Assembly: GCA_002269645.1 (NCBI GenBank)
Contig: NIVC01000415.1
Coordinates: forward strand, 1-64,000
From: Macrostomum lignano
Lineage: Eukaryota
Direction: 5' to 3'
DNA: 64,000 nucleotides
Part shown: positions 38,365-49,955 of the stretch, piece by piece
Layout of the letters: the number at the start of each line of letters is the position of its first letter
How positions within the stretch are numbered: the first letter of the stretch is position 1
Made by a program: the position numbers and the translations under genes
The notes under the pieces: generated by a model
The model's input: only the letters and a program-made list of their open reading frames with translations
Told to the model about the DNA's origin: nothing
The model's database searches: none

Positions 38365-38537
38365 TACACTGGGGAAAATTTATGACTTGCTGAAATCCCG
38401 CAGAGTCGGCATGAAGTGGGCGATAGGAATCGGGATCACGGTTGCCATAGTAATATTTATGGCTTTGGGCTACACGATTCAGCTATTCCGGGCTTGCGAC
38501 CGCTGCTACCATGAATTTCCTGTGCTGTGCGAGCCGA
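38365..38537 (+). CDS. Shisa-like membrane protein, exon 3 (TM helix)
   Basis: tgacag|T ACA...CCG A|gtgagt encodes WAIGIGITVAIVIFMALGYTIQLF followed by juxtamembrane Cys; phases 2/1 consistent. Confidence 0.85.
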
Positions 38538-38554
38538 GTGAGTCATCTGCGTGG

Positions 38555-39182
38555 CTCGGACAGTAGTTCGGATAGTAGCTCAAGACCGCAGAATATACAC
38601 AGACTATTCTGTGACCTCGGACAGTAGCACAGACAGTAGCTCGGACAGTAGCTCGGACAGTAGCTCAGACAGTAGCTCGGACAGTAGCTCGGACAGTAGC
38701 TCAGACAGTAGCTCGGACAGTAGCTTGGACAGTAGCTCAGACAGTAGCTCAGACAGTAGCTCAGACAGTAGCTCAGACAGTAGCTCAGACTGTAGCTCAG
38801 ACAGTAGCTCAGACAGTAGCTCAGACAGTAGCTCAGACAGTAGCTCAGACAGTAGCTCAGACAGTAGCTCAGACAGTAGCTCAGACAGTAGCTCAGACAG
38901 TAGCTCAGACAGTAGCTCAGACAGTAGCTCAGACAGTAGCTCAGACAGTAGCTCAGACAGTAGCTCAGACAGTAGCTCAGACAGTAGCTCAGACAGTAGC
39001 TCAGACAGTAGCTCAGACAGTAGCTCAGACAGTAGCTCAGACAGTAGCTCAGACAGTAGCTCAGACAGTAGCTCAGACAGTAGCTCAGACAGTAGCTCAG
39101 ACAGTAGCTCAGACTGTAGCTCAGCCAATAGCTCTGACAGTAGCTCAGATAGTAGCTCAGACAGTAGCCCAGACAGTAGCTC
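38555..39182. repeat. 12 bp minisatellite (GACAGTAGCTCA)
   Basis: Intronic; source of the false SDSS ORF. Confidence 0.95.
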
Positions 39183-39867
39183 ATGTGATTTTTGCCGACA
39201 TGTATCGAAAGCATAATCTTTACTTTAATCAGTCGCTTCAGAGGGAAGAGAGGAAAGGATTAAAGCACAATGAGTAACATTTTAGCAGCTTATCGAATGT
39301 AGCAAGTGACTTTGTAAGCTCTGTTCTCATCTCTTAATGTGCTGGAAATTTGAGCTCAGCTTTCTTAGAAAACTCATTCCCACTCGAATTAGCGGCAAAA
39401 TTATTTCAGCTAATTGGCAACTTGAACAAGACGCCAGTCAGGTATTTAATTATCTAAGAAATCTCATTTAGCTAACGAAGTCTCATTTTATCGTCGCACC
39501 AATTCGAATTTCATTTCAGAGGAATACCAGTTCGCAATGGACACAAGTGAGTTGTGAATTAGTGCTCAGAAAAGTGATTTGAATTGCGTGACAGCCCATC
39601 AACTGTCTGACCTGTCTCATTATCTTTCTTTCTCGAAAGTTGCTAATTTTAATTGCCATCAATTATTTACTCAGACAAGAATGAGGATTTACTCGTAGGT
39701 AAGAAAGGTTGTAAAAGACAGTAATCTAAAATGAAGGCGTTTGAAGTGAGACACGCATCTATAAGCCCCGATTTTATGGCATAAAACTGCGCTTTTCTAT
39801 AGGTTGATTTTTTTAAATCTAAGACTACTATAGGCGCAGAACAAAGTCGCTTATGTTGGCCCATCGT

Positions 39868-41254
39868 GTCACTCTCTCCCCATCACCCTGTCACTCTCCC
39901 CCATCACCCTGTCACTCTCCCCATCACCCCTGTCACTCTCTACCCATCAATCCTGTCACTCTCCCCCATCACCCTGTCACTCTCCCCATCACCCCTGTCA
40001 CTCTCTACCCATCAATCCTGTCACTCTCCCCCATCACCCTGTCACTCTCCCCATCACCCCTGTCACTCTCTACCCATCAATCCTGTCACTCTCCCCTATC
40101 AACTCTGTCACTCTCTCCCCATCACCCCTGTCACTCTCTACCCATCAATCCTGTCACTCTCCTCCATCACCCCTGTCACTCTCCCCTATAAACTGTCACT
40201 CTCTCCCCATCACCCCTGTCACTCTCCCCCATCAACCCTGTCACTCTCCCCTATCAACTCTGTCACTCTCTCCCCATCACCCCTGTCACTCTCTACCCAT
40301 CAATCATGTCACTCTCCTCCATCACCCCTGTCACTCTCCCCTATAAACTGTCACTTTCTCCCTATCACCCCTGTCACTCTCTACCCAACAATCCTGTCAC
40401 TCTCCTCCATCACCCCTGTCACTCTCCCCTATAAACTGTCACTCTCTCCCCATCACCCCTGTCACTCTCCCCCATCAACCCTGTCACTCTCCCCTATCAA
40501 CTCTGTCACTCTCTCCCCATCACCCCTGTCACTCTCTACCCATCAATCCTGTCACTCTCCTCCATCAATCCTGTCACTCTCCCCCATCACCCTGTCACTC
40601 TCCCCCATCACCCTGTCACTCTCCCCATCACCCCTGTCACTCTCTACCCATCAACCCTGTCACTCTCTACCCATCAACCCTGTCACTCTCCCCTATCAAC
40701 TCTGTCACTCTCCCCATCACCCCTGTCACTCTCTACCCATCAACCCTGTCACTCTCTACCCATCAACCCTGTCACTCTCCCCTATCAACTCTGTCACTCT
40801 CTCCCCATCACCCCTGTCACTCTCTACCCATCAATCCTGTCACTCTCCTCCATCACCCCTGTCACTCTCCCCTATAAACTGTCACTCTCTCCCCATCACC
40901 CCTGTCACTCTCCTCCATCAACCCTGTCACTCTCCCCTATCAACTCTGTCACTCTCTCCCCATCACCTCTGTCACTCTCTACCCATCAATCCTGTCACTC
41001 TCCTCCATCACCCCTGTCACTCTCCCCTATAAACTGTCACTCTCTCCCCATCACCCCTGTCACTCTCCCCCATCAACCCTGTCACTCTCCCCTATCAACT
41101 CTGTCACTCTCTCCCCATCACCCCTGTCACTCTCTACCCATCAATCATGTCACTCTCCTCCATCACCCCTGTCACTCTCTCCATCAATCCTGTCACTCTT
41201 TCCCATCACCCTTGTCACTATAATGGCACACTGTCACTCTCCCCTGTTACTCAG
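39868..41254. repeat. About 20-23 bp array (CCCATCACCCCTGTCACTCTC) with higher-order blocks
   Basis: Runs into acceptor 41255. Confidence 0.9.
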
Positions 41255-41527
41255 GATGGTACACAGTGTCACACGAAGGCAACCGCTACGGAGTGACATT
41301 CCACAGCATGCGGTTTGCCAGCCACTTCATGCAGCTGCTTGAAGAGGCCTATGGTCCCTGGAACGCCGCCAACATCCTTCGAATCCGTCGGGACGATCAG
41401 GACTTCGTGGTGCTGCACATCTTCTTTAACGACTTCTTCACGCCGTGGTTCTACACCCAGGGCCCGATCAAGAATGATGAGGAATGGATCAGGACGGATT
41501 TCAAAGATCTGTGCTATCGAACTCAGG
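41255..41527 (+). CDS. Shisa-like membrane protein, exon 4 (globular cytoplasmic domain)
   Basis: actcag|GA TGG...CAG G|gtgaga; open, complex sequence RWYTVSHEGNRYGVTFHSMRFASHFMQLLEEAY...DLCYRTQ. Confidence 0.85.
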
Positions 41528-41557
41528 GTGAGAGTGAAAATACGAATAAAATCTATA

Positions 41558-42650
41558 CCAATGTCACCAAAGTCTCACCCAATGTCACCAAAATCTCACC
41601 CAATGACAATAAAATCTCACCCAATGTCACCAAAGTCTCACCCAATGTCACCAAAATCTCACCCAATGTCACCACAGTCTCACTCAATGTCACCAGTCTC
41701 ACCCAATGTCACCAAAGTCTCACCCAATGTCACCAAAGTCTCACCCAATGTCACCAAAGTCTCACCCAATGACAATAAAATCTCACCCAATGTCACCAAA
41801 GTCTCACCCAATGTCACCAAAGTCTCACCCAATGTCACCAAAATCTCACCCAATGTCACCAAAGTCTCACTCAATGTCACCAGTCTCACCCAATGTCACC
41901 AAAGTCTCACTCAATGTCACCAAAGTCTCACCCAATGACAATAAAATCTCACCCAATGTCACCAAAGTCTCACCCGATGTCACCAAAGTCTCACCCAATG
42001 ACAATAAAATCTCACCCAATGTCATCAAAGTCTCACTCAATGTCACCAAAGTCTCACCAAATGACAATAAAATCTCACCCAATGTCACCAAAGTCTCACC
42101 CAATGTCACCAAAATCTCACCCAATGACAATAAAATCTCACCCAATGTCACCAAAGTCTCACCCAATGTCACCAAAATCTCACCCAATGTCATCAAAGTC
42201 TCACCCAATGTCACCAAAGTCTCACCAAATGTCACCAAAGTCTCACCTAATGTCACCAAAGTCTCACCCAATGTCACCAAAGTCTCACCCAATGTCACCA
42301 GTCTCACCCAATGTCACCAAAGTCTCACCCAATGACAATAAAATCTCACCCAATGTCACCAAAGTCTCACCCAATGTCACCAAAATCTCACCCAATGACA
42401 ATAAAATCTCACCCAATGTCACCAAAGTCTCACCCAATGTCACCAAAATCTCACCCAATGTCATCAAAGTCTCACCCAATGTCACCAGTCTCACCCAATG
42501 TCACCAAAGTCTCACCCAATGTCACCAGTCTCACCCAATGTCACCAAAGTCTCACCCAATGTCACCAAAGTCTCACCAAATGACAATAAAATCTCACCCA
42601 AAGCCACCAAAATCTCACCCAAAGCCACCAAAATCTCACCCCACCAAACC
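41558..42650. repeat. 21 bp minisatellite (TCACCCAATGTCACCAAAGTC), Shisa-like intron 4
   Basis: Direct inspection. Confidence 0.92.
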
Positions 42651-42660
42651 ACCCATGCAG

Positions 42661-43205
42661 ACGACCTGGCAGTCCGCCTGCCGGCCTGCTGTCACCGCCG
42701 CAGCAGTGGCGCCCACCGCAGCCTTGGCAGCAACCCGACGGACAACAAACCCGAGAACATCGAGCTGATCATTGTGCCGCCAGTGGATGACTCAGTCTTC
42801 GACTGCCAGCAGGACTCGCTGGAGGCGGCTGGCGGAGCCGATGAAGGCGGGGCAGGCGGCGGGCCCAGCTCCGCGCTCCTGTCGCCGACTTGGACCTCCA
42901 GCAGCGGCGGACGGAACCTCAACGGATCGCAGCGTCAGCAGCTGCTGCAGCAACAGCAACTCAAAGCTGACGCAGCTGGCGCTGCGGCGTCAACTCGAAA
43001 GAAGGATCACCGACCGTGGACGAAGCACACCTTCAAGGTGCGGCCTCCGCCGAGGAGTGGCTCCCCTGCCAGCAGCGGCTGTCAGCAGCGGCAGCCGCAG
43101 CAGCAGCAGCAGCAGCGCAGAGCCACCACGGTTATTCGAGAGGACATCATTGAGTGCTTCGGCAATGACAAATGCATACAGACTCGGTGCGAGATCTTCA
43201 TCTGA
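42661..43205 (+). CDS. Shisa-like membrane protein, terminal exon
   Basis: atgcag|AC GAC CTG...EIFI TGA; low-complexity G/A/Q tail; the five exons join in frame to 413 aa. Confidence 0.8.
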
Positions 43206-44387
43206 GAGGCTGGATTGACAGCAGCTTGCGGTTGTCAGCCCCTCTGTCACTGCGATTCCTTAGTGGCAGTAGTGGCACTGGGCTCTCGTATTCTAGAGTT
43301 CGAGAGCCCAGTCCCTCTCAATCTGTCATCCCATTCGATCCTCTCATCTCCTCTCCTCTCCTCTTATCTCTTTTCATCTCATCTCATCCCCTCTCATCTC
43401 ATCTCCTCTCATCTCATCGCCTCTCTTATCCTCTTATCCTCTTATCTCCTATTATCTCATCCCTTTTTCTTTTTTCTATTATCTCTCTTCTCCTCTCATG
43501 TGATCTCCTTTCATCTGATCTCCTCTTTTCCTCTTATCTGATATCCTCTCTTCTCTCATCTCATCTCCTTTCTTCTCCTTTCCACTCTATTCTGTTCTTA
43601 CCCCCAAACAATCTTCCATCAAGGACCTGTTAAACAGCCCCGTCTCTTCATTTATTCGCTCCTGTTTCAAAGTCTTCCCATCAGATATACATGTACAATA
43701 ACTAATCGCAATATTTTAATCACACAGGAAGAAAACACAGAGCTCTGAATGCCTGTCATATTGGCAAATATTTTCCAGAGCGAGTTTCTGCCTCACGAAA
43801 GTCATTGGGACACTGGAGATTCCAATTAGAGCAGATTCAAGAGATTGCCTGTCCCAATTTTCTTTCCCTCAGACCCAAACCATCTTTAATCCCTAAGCCG
43901 CTGCCCTTTACACTAATTAGCCGCATCTTCTAGCCTGCAGGATTAGCAACATCTTTGGGTATTGAGCGAGGAATTTTGCAGAAAAAGAGATTAAGAGATT
44001 TTTATCAGCTATTGAAAGTTGCAGCAGCAGCAAAATACGAGCGTATTTGTTGTCAGCTTTTCGGCTTTTCAAGGTTTTAATTTGACAGTTTTGAGAAGAG
44101 GAGATGAAGGATAAGCATGAGCAATTGATTCAATCTAGCTATCTAGAAAACGGGCAATCATTTCCTATAAAATTTGCTGTTTGTTTAAAAAACTCAAAAT
44201 ATTGAGAAATGCAAAATATTCAACAAAATATCGTATTTGTTTCGTATTCGAAGCACACTACTTGTCAGCCAGATTGCTAGTAGAAATATTAACATTTTTG
44301 TAGATAAAGTTTTGCAATTATAAATTCTTTTGAATTAGTTTTGGCAATAAATCAATCACATTCGAAATATACTACTTACTAATCACT

Positions 44388-44440
44388 GGTGGCAGAGCAG
44401 CCCGCGCGACCCTTGCATGGTTCGATTCCTTGAGCTACCA
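44388..44440 (+). pseudogene. Truncated tRNA-like / SINE-head sequence
   Basis: A-box-like TGGCAGAGCAG, B-box GGTTCGATTCC; GGTGGC pairs with GCTACC; only 53 nt, no complete anticodon arm. Confidence 0.4.
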
Positions 44441-44964
44441 CATTAATTTGGGGCTTGTGTGCAGGAAAATTAAGGTTGTCTCACGCCCATGAAGGCCGAC
44501 CCACAAGGCACAGAGAGTGTACATGCCTGACGATTAGAAAGTCAAATGGTTGCTGTACACCCTGTGTGAGCGTGTGTACGAGTGCGTGCGTGAGTACAAT
44601 ATTGGTGAGCTTGTATTGGGCTCGGGAGTCAGCGGAATGGGCGCAGAATTGCCTCTGCGTTTGTTGTCAGGTTGCCAGGGTGCCGCTGCAGCATCCGCCG
44701 GAACCTGCCCTCACGCTCAACTACATGTGGCGATCTTCGCCAATCTGCTACGGTCATCCGTGAGGATGTTAAGCCCGCCACACTCCTCGAGAGCCTTGAG
44801 GCAGAGGTCAGAGTGCGGGATAAGCGACCGCTTCTTAAAGGCCCGCACTTTTTTGAAGGCCATCAGCGGTTGAGGTCCATCAGAAGCGGTTGCCACAGAT
44901 GCAGCTCCGGCTGAGTAGCAGCGGACGGATGAGCAGCTGCAAGTTGAGTTGGGTCTTGAAGGTC

Positions 44965-45570
44965 TGGAGAGGGACTCTAAAGTCTGGAGAGTGGCTCACT
45001 CTAAGGTCCGGAATGTGACTTAAAGGTCTGGAGAGTGCTTCTAAGGTCTGATGAGTGACTTTAAGGTTTGGAGAGTGACTTAAAGATCTGGAGAGTGACT
45101 TAAAGGTCTGGAGAGTGACCTAAAAGTCTGTAGAGTGACCTAAAGATCTGGAGAATGACTTAAAGGTCTGGAGAGTGACTCACTCTAAGGTCTGGAGAGT
45201 GACTCACTCTAAGGTCTAGAGAGTGACTCACTCTAAGGTCTGGAGAGTGACTCACTCTAAGGTCTGGAGAGTGACTCACTCTAAGGTCTGGAGAGTGACT
45301 CACTCTAAGGTCTGGAGAGTGACTCACTCTAAGGTCTGGAGAGTGACTCACTCTAAGGTCTGGAGAGTGACTCACTCTAAGGTCTAGAGAGTGACTCACT
45401 CTAAGGTCTGGAGAGTGACTCACTCTAAGGTCTAGAGAGTGACTCACTCTAAGGTCTAGAGAGTGACTCACTCTAAGGTCTGGAGAGTGACTCACTCTAA
45501 GGTCTGGAGTGTGACTTAAAGGTCTGGAGAGTGACTTAACGGATGGAGACTTTGAAGTCTGAGGAGTGAC
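44965..45570. repeat. 24 bp minisatellite (CTGGAGAGTGACTCACTCTAAGGT)
   Basis: Perfect core at 45170-45500 with degenerate edges. Confidence 0.9.
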
Positions 45571-46539
45571 TTAAATGTCCTCTCCTCTCTCCTCTCCATC
45601 TACCCCTCGATCTTCTCTCCCTCTCGACCTCACTTTCTAATGAATTGAATGCTGAAGCAGTCTCCTCCGACTTCATAAGCCTTTCAATCTCGTTTTCTCA
45701 TTTTGTTCTGTACAACATCTGTATGCTCATTTAATTCTACTGCTAACTAGTAGTATCAATAGGAAAACAGAGTTTCCTTAAAATTGAGTAATTGAACTTT
45801 TATTCCGGTTCGGTAGGCTCGTTTAAAACGACAGAACTCACAAAACAGCACAGAAACTCAACAATTAAACAAAACAACAGAATAGCACACTAAACAAGCA
45901 AAAGCATAAGTAAGCAAGCACACAGGAGCAATGAGAATATCAAAAACAGATGAGCTCTCACGAGTCGATCAACAGCGAGGCCAACCCTTAACAGAATTCC
46001 GTCCAATGCAAAATAAACGCGGGTTTCTTTTGGCCGGCAACCCAGTTTAAAACAAAACGCATCGGACGAGGAGTCTGTCAAGGATCGAGCACTTTTTAAA
46101 CAATCGCTTGTGCTTTGCTGAACCGTGTCTATCTAATAGATACGCTCGTAGATAGATACGTGACAAAACTGCACCAATCTCAACCGTGAGTAACAAATCG
46201 TGTAAATCGTCTTTATACAATAGAAAAACTGCCACTATGGCCTCGTGCCTTACACACACGCAGAGGGAGTGACTCTGTATAGTTTTATTTCATTAACTAT
46301 TAGTGGTAACTACAGAATGTAGTGCCGCTCTCCGCCTGGAGTCAGTCTTGCACGACATGCCTTGGCATATAGTGGATTGCAAATTATGTAAATAAGCAAA
46401 CGCCAATTGCGACTGCGAAGCGACTGCGCACTTGGCACTAGCAGCCCGCCAGTACGTGAAACGCCTTCCCTTACTCTCGTGTTCGTGAGCGAGAGAATTT
46501 GTTGTCTCCTTTCATTTTGTTCTGCGATTTTTCTCTAAG

Positions 46540-48680
46540 CTGTCCCGTCTCTCTCTGGTCTGTCCCATCTCTCTCTGATCTGTCCCATCTCTGGTGTGTC
46601 CCATCTCTCTCTGATCTGTCCCATCTCTCTCTGGTCTGTCCCATCTCTCTCTGGTCTGTCCCATCTCTCTCTGGTCTGTCCCATCTCTGGTGTGTCCCAT
46701 CTCTCTCTGATCTGTCCCATCTCTGGTGTGTCCCATCTCTCTCTGATCTGTCCCATCTCTCTCTGGTCTGTCCCATCTCTGGTCTGTCCCATCTCTGGTC
46801 TGTCCCATCTCTGGTCTGTCCCATCTCTGGTCTGTCCCATCTCTGGTCTGTCCCATCTCTCTCTGGTCTGTCCCATCTCTCTCTGGTCTGTCCCATCTCT
46901 CTCTGGTCTGTCCCATCTCTCTCTGGTCTGTCCCATCTCTGGTCTGTCCCATCTCTCTCTGGTCTGTCCCATCTCTCTCTGGTCTGTCCCATCTCTGGTC
47001 TGTCCCATTTCTGGTCTGTCCCATCTCTGGTCTGTCCCATCTCTGGTCTGTCCCATCTCTCTCTGGTCTGTCCCATCTCTCTCTGGTCTGTCCCATCTCT
47101 CTCTGGTCTGTCCCATCTCTGGTCTGTCCCATTTCTGGTCTGTCCCATCTCTGGTCTGTCCCATCTCTGGTCTGTCCCATCTCTGGTGTGTCCCATCTCT
47201 GGTCTGTCCCATCTCTCTCTGGTCTGTCCCATCTCTGGTGTGTCCCATCTCTGGTCTGTCCCATCTCTGGTCTGTCCCATTTCTGGTCTGTCCCATCTCT
47301 GGTCTGTCCCATCTCTGGTCTGTCCCATCTCTGGTCTGTCCCATCTCTGGTCTGTCCCATCTCTCTCTGGTCTGTCCCATCTCTCTCTGGTCTGTCCCAT
47401 CTCTCTCTGGTCTGTCCCATCTCTGGTCTGTCCCATCTCTCTCTGGTCTGTCCCATCTCTCTCTGGTCTGTCCCATCTCTGGTCTGTCCCATCTCTCTCT
47501 GGTCTGTCTCATCTCTCTCTGGTCTGTCTCATCTCTCTCTGGTCTGTCCCATCTCTGGTCTGTCCCATCTCTCTCTGGTCTGTCTCATCTCTCTCTGGTC
47601 TGTCCCATCTCTCTCTGGTCTGTCCCATCTCTCTCTGGTCTGTCCCATCTCTGGTCTGTCCCATCTCTCTCTGGTCTGTCCCATCTCTCTCTGGTCTGTC
47701 CCATCTCTCTCTGGTCTGTCTCATCTCTCTCTGGTCTGTCCCATCTCTGGTCTGTCCCATCTCTCTCTGGTCTGTCTCATCTCTCTCTGGTCTGTCCCAT
47801 CTCTGGTCTGTCCCATCTCTCTCTGGTCTGTCTCATCTCTCTCTGGTCTGTCCCATCTCTGGTCTGTCCCATCTCTCTCTGGTCTGTCTCATCTCTCTCT
47901 GGTCTGTCCCATCTCTGGTCTGTCCCATCTCTGGTCTGTCCCATCTCTGGTCTGTCCCATTTCTGGTCTGTCCCATCTCTGGTCTGTCCCATCTCTGGTC
48001 TGTCCCATCTCTCTCTGGTCTGTCTCATCTCTCTCTGGTCTGTCCCATCTCTGGTCTGTCCCATCTCTGGTCTGTCCCATCTCTCTCTGGTCTGTCTCAT
48101 ATCTCTCTGGTCTGTCCCATCTCTCTCTGGTCTGTCCCATCTCTCTCTGGTCTGTCCCATCTCTCTCTGGTCTGTCCCATCTCTGGTCTGTCCCATCTCT
48201 CTCTGGTCTGTCCCATCTCTCTCTGGTCTGTCCCATCTCTCTCTGGTCTGTCTCATCTCTCTCTGGTCTGTCCCATCTCTGGTCTGTCCCATCTCTCTCT
48301 GGTCTGTCTCATCTCTCTCTGGTCTGTCCCATCTCTGGTCTGTCCCATCTCTCTCTGGTCTGTCTCATCTCTCTCTGGTCTGTCCCATCTCTGGTCTGTC
48401 CCATCTCTCTCTGGTCTGTCTCATCTCTCTCTGGTCTGTCTCATCTCTCTCTGGTCTGTCCCATCTCTGGTCTGTCCCATCTCTGGTCTGTCCCATCTCT
48501 GGTCTGTCCCATTTCTGGTCTGTCCCATCTCTGGTCTGTCCCATCTCTGGTCTGTCCCATCTCTGGTGTGTCCCATCTCTGGTCTGTCCCATCTCTATCT
48601 GGTCTGTCTCATTTTTCTATGGTCTGTCCGATCTCCCTCTGATCTGGGCTGTCTTATCTCTCTCTTTAGTCTGTCTCATC
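46540..48680. repeat. 18/22 bp minisatellite (CTGGTCTGTCCCATCT plus variable CT)
   Basis: 2.1 kb array; source of the 751-aa false ORF. Confidence 0.95.
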
Positions 48681-49454
48681 TCTCTCTCTCCTATCTTGTA
48701 GCCGCAAAACACTTCATTTGTCTGTTTGTTTGCATAAAAATATATACTCGTTGAGCACACCAGGTCACCAAATCAAGCAGTATTAAAATGAAGGGAGCTA
48801 AACTTATGTGCTTCGGCTTTCTTTTTGAATCTCGTGACAGAAAAGCAGAAAGAAGGCTTACCTTAATTCAAGCTTATATAACATAATTAGCTAATTCAGT
48901 CAAACATTCCAAGAAAGATCGATAATTTCTCAAACGAGAAACGACTTTAATAGACGAAAAATTCTATTTCAAGAATTAAGCTATAAAATCACTTTCAGGA
49001 ATTGATTGAGGAAGCGAAGGCTGTGGTTTTATTGGGGTGTACAAATGTACAGCCCCAACCGGAGTGTAACACACAAGCGGCAGAGATAAGGAGAGGGAGA
49101 GAGGAAAGAGGAGTGACTGGCCCCCACTTATAAATCTCTCATGTGCGCCTGTACGCTTGCGCTGTTCTGTGCTGAAACATCGACACAAACTGATCGACTG
49201 ACTCCATTTCCACTCTCTTATCTGTCTGTGCGTGTGTCCTCTCCGGCTCTTCATGCCTATCTGGCCAATGTGGATCCTCCAGTCCAGGTCTCACGAGTCT
49301 GCTGTGCACGAGGAGTGCAAGGAGCGCTGGACTGAAGTATCTGGTTTAGCAGTAAAATTTTGGTAGTGAAATAATGGCTGTGAAATGTTGGCAGTCAAAT
49401 GTCGGGCTTCCCAAATATCGCAGGCCTGAGCTAGCGAGAGGCCGCATCTACCTA

Positions 49455-49955
49455 ACTGCTATCTCAACTGCTATCTCAACTGCTATCCCAACTGCTATCC
49501 CAACTGCTATCTCAACTGCTATCCCAACTGCTATCTCAACTGCTATCCCAACTGCTATCTCAACTGCTATTCTCAACTGCTATCTCAACTGCTATCCCAA
49601 CTGCTATCCCAACTGCTATCTCAACTGCTATTCTCAACTGCTATCTCAACTGCTATCCCAACTGCTATCTCAACTGCTATTCTCAACTGCTATCCCAACT
49701 GCTATCTCAACTGCTATTCTCAACTGCTATCTCAACTGCTATCCCAACTGCTATTCTCAACTGCTATTCTCAACTGCTATCTCAACTGCTATCCCAACTG
49801 CTATCTCAACTGCTATCTCAACTGCTATCCCAACTGCTATCTCAACTGCTATTCTCAACTGCTATCTCAACTGCTATCCCAACTGCTATCTCAACTGCTA
49901 TCTCAACTGCTATCTCAACTGCTATCTCAACTGCTATCCCAACTGCTATTCCAAC
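49455..49955. repeat. 12/13 bp minisatellite (CTCAACTGCTAT)
   Basis: Direct inspection. Confidence 0.92.

Noticed and set aside
38551-39216. (SDSS)n ORF resembling dentin phosphophoryn
   Set aside because: It is the 12-bp array inside intron 3 of the Shisa-like gene; flanking exons splice in phase around it.
44745-44770. TVIRED match to the Shisa-like C-terminus at 43125-43150
   Set aside because: A six-residue match is expected by chance across six frames of 64 kb; no flanking similarity.
46471-48754. Very long ORFs (up to 751 aa) on both strands
   Set aside because: Translations of an 18/22-bp minisatellite that happens to lack stops.
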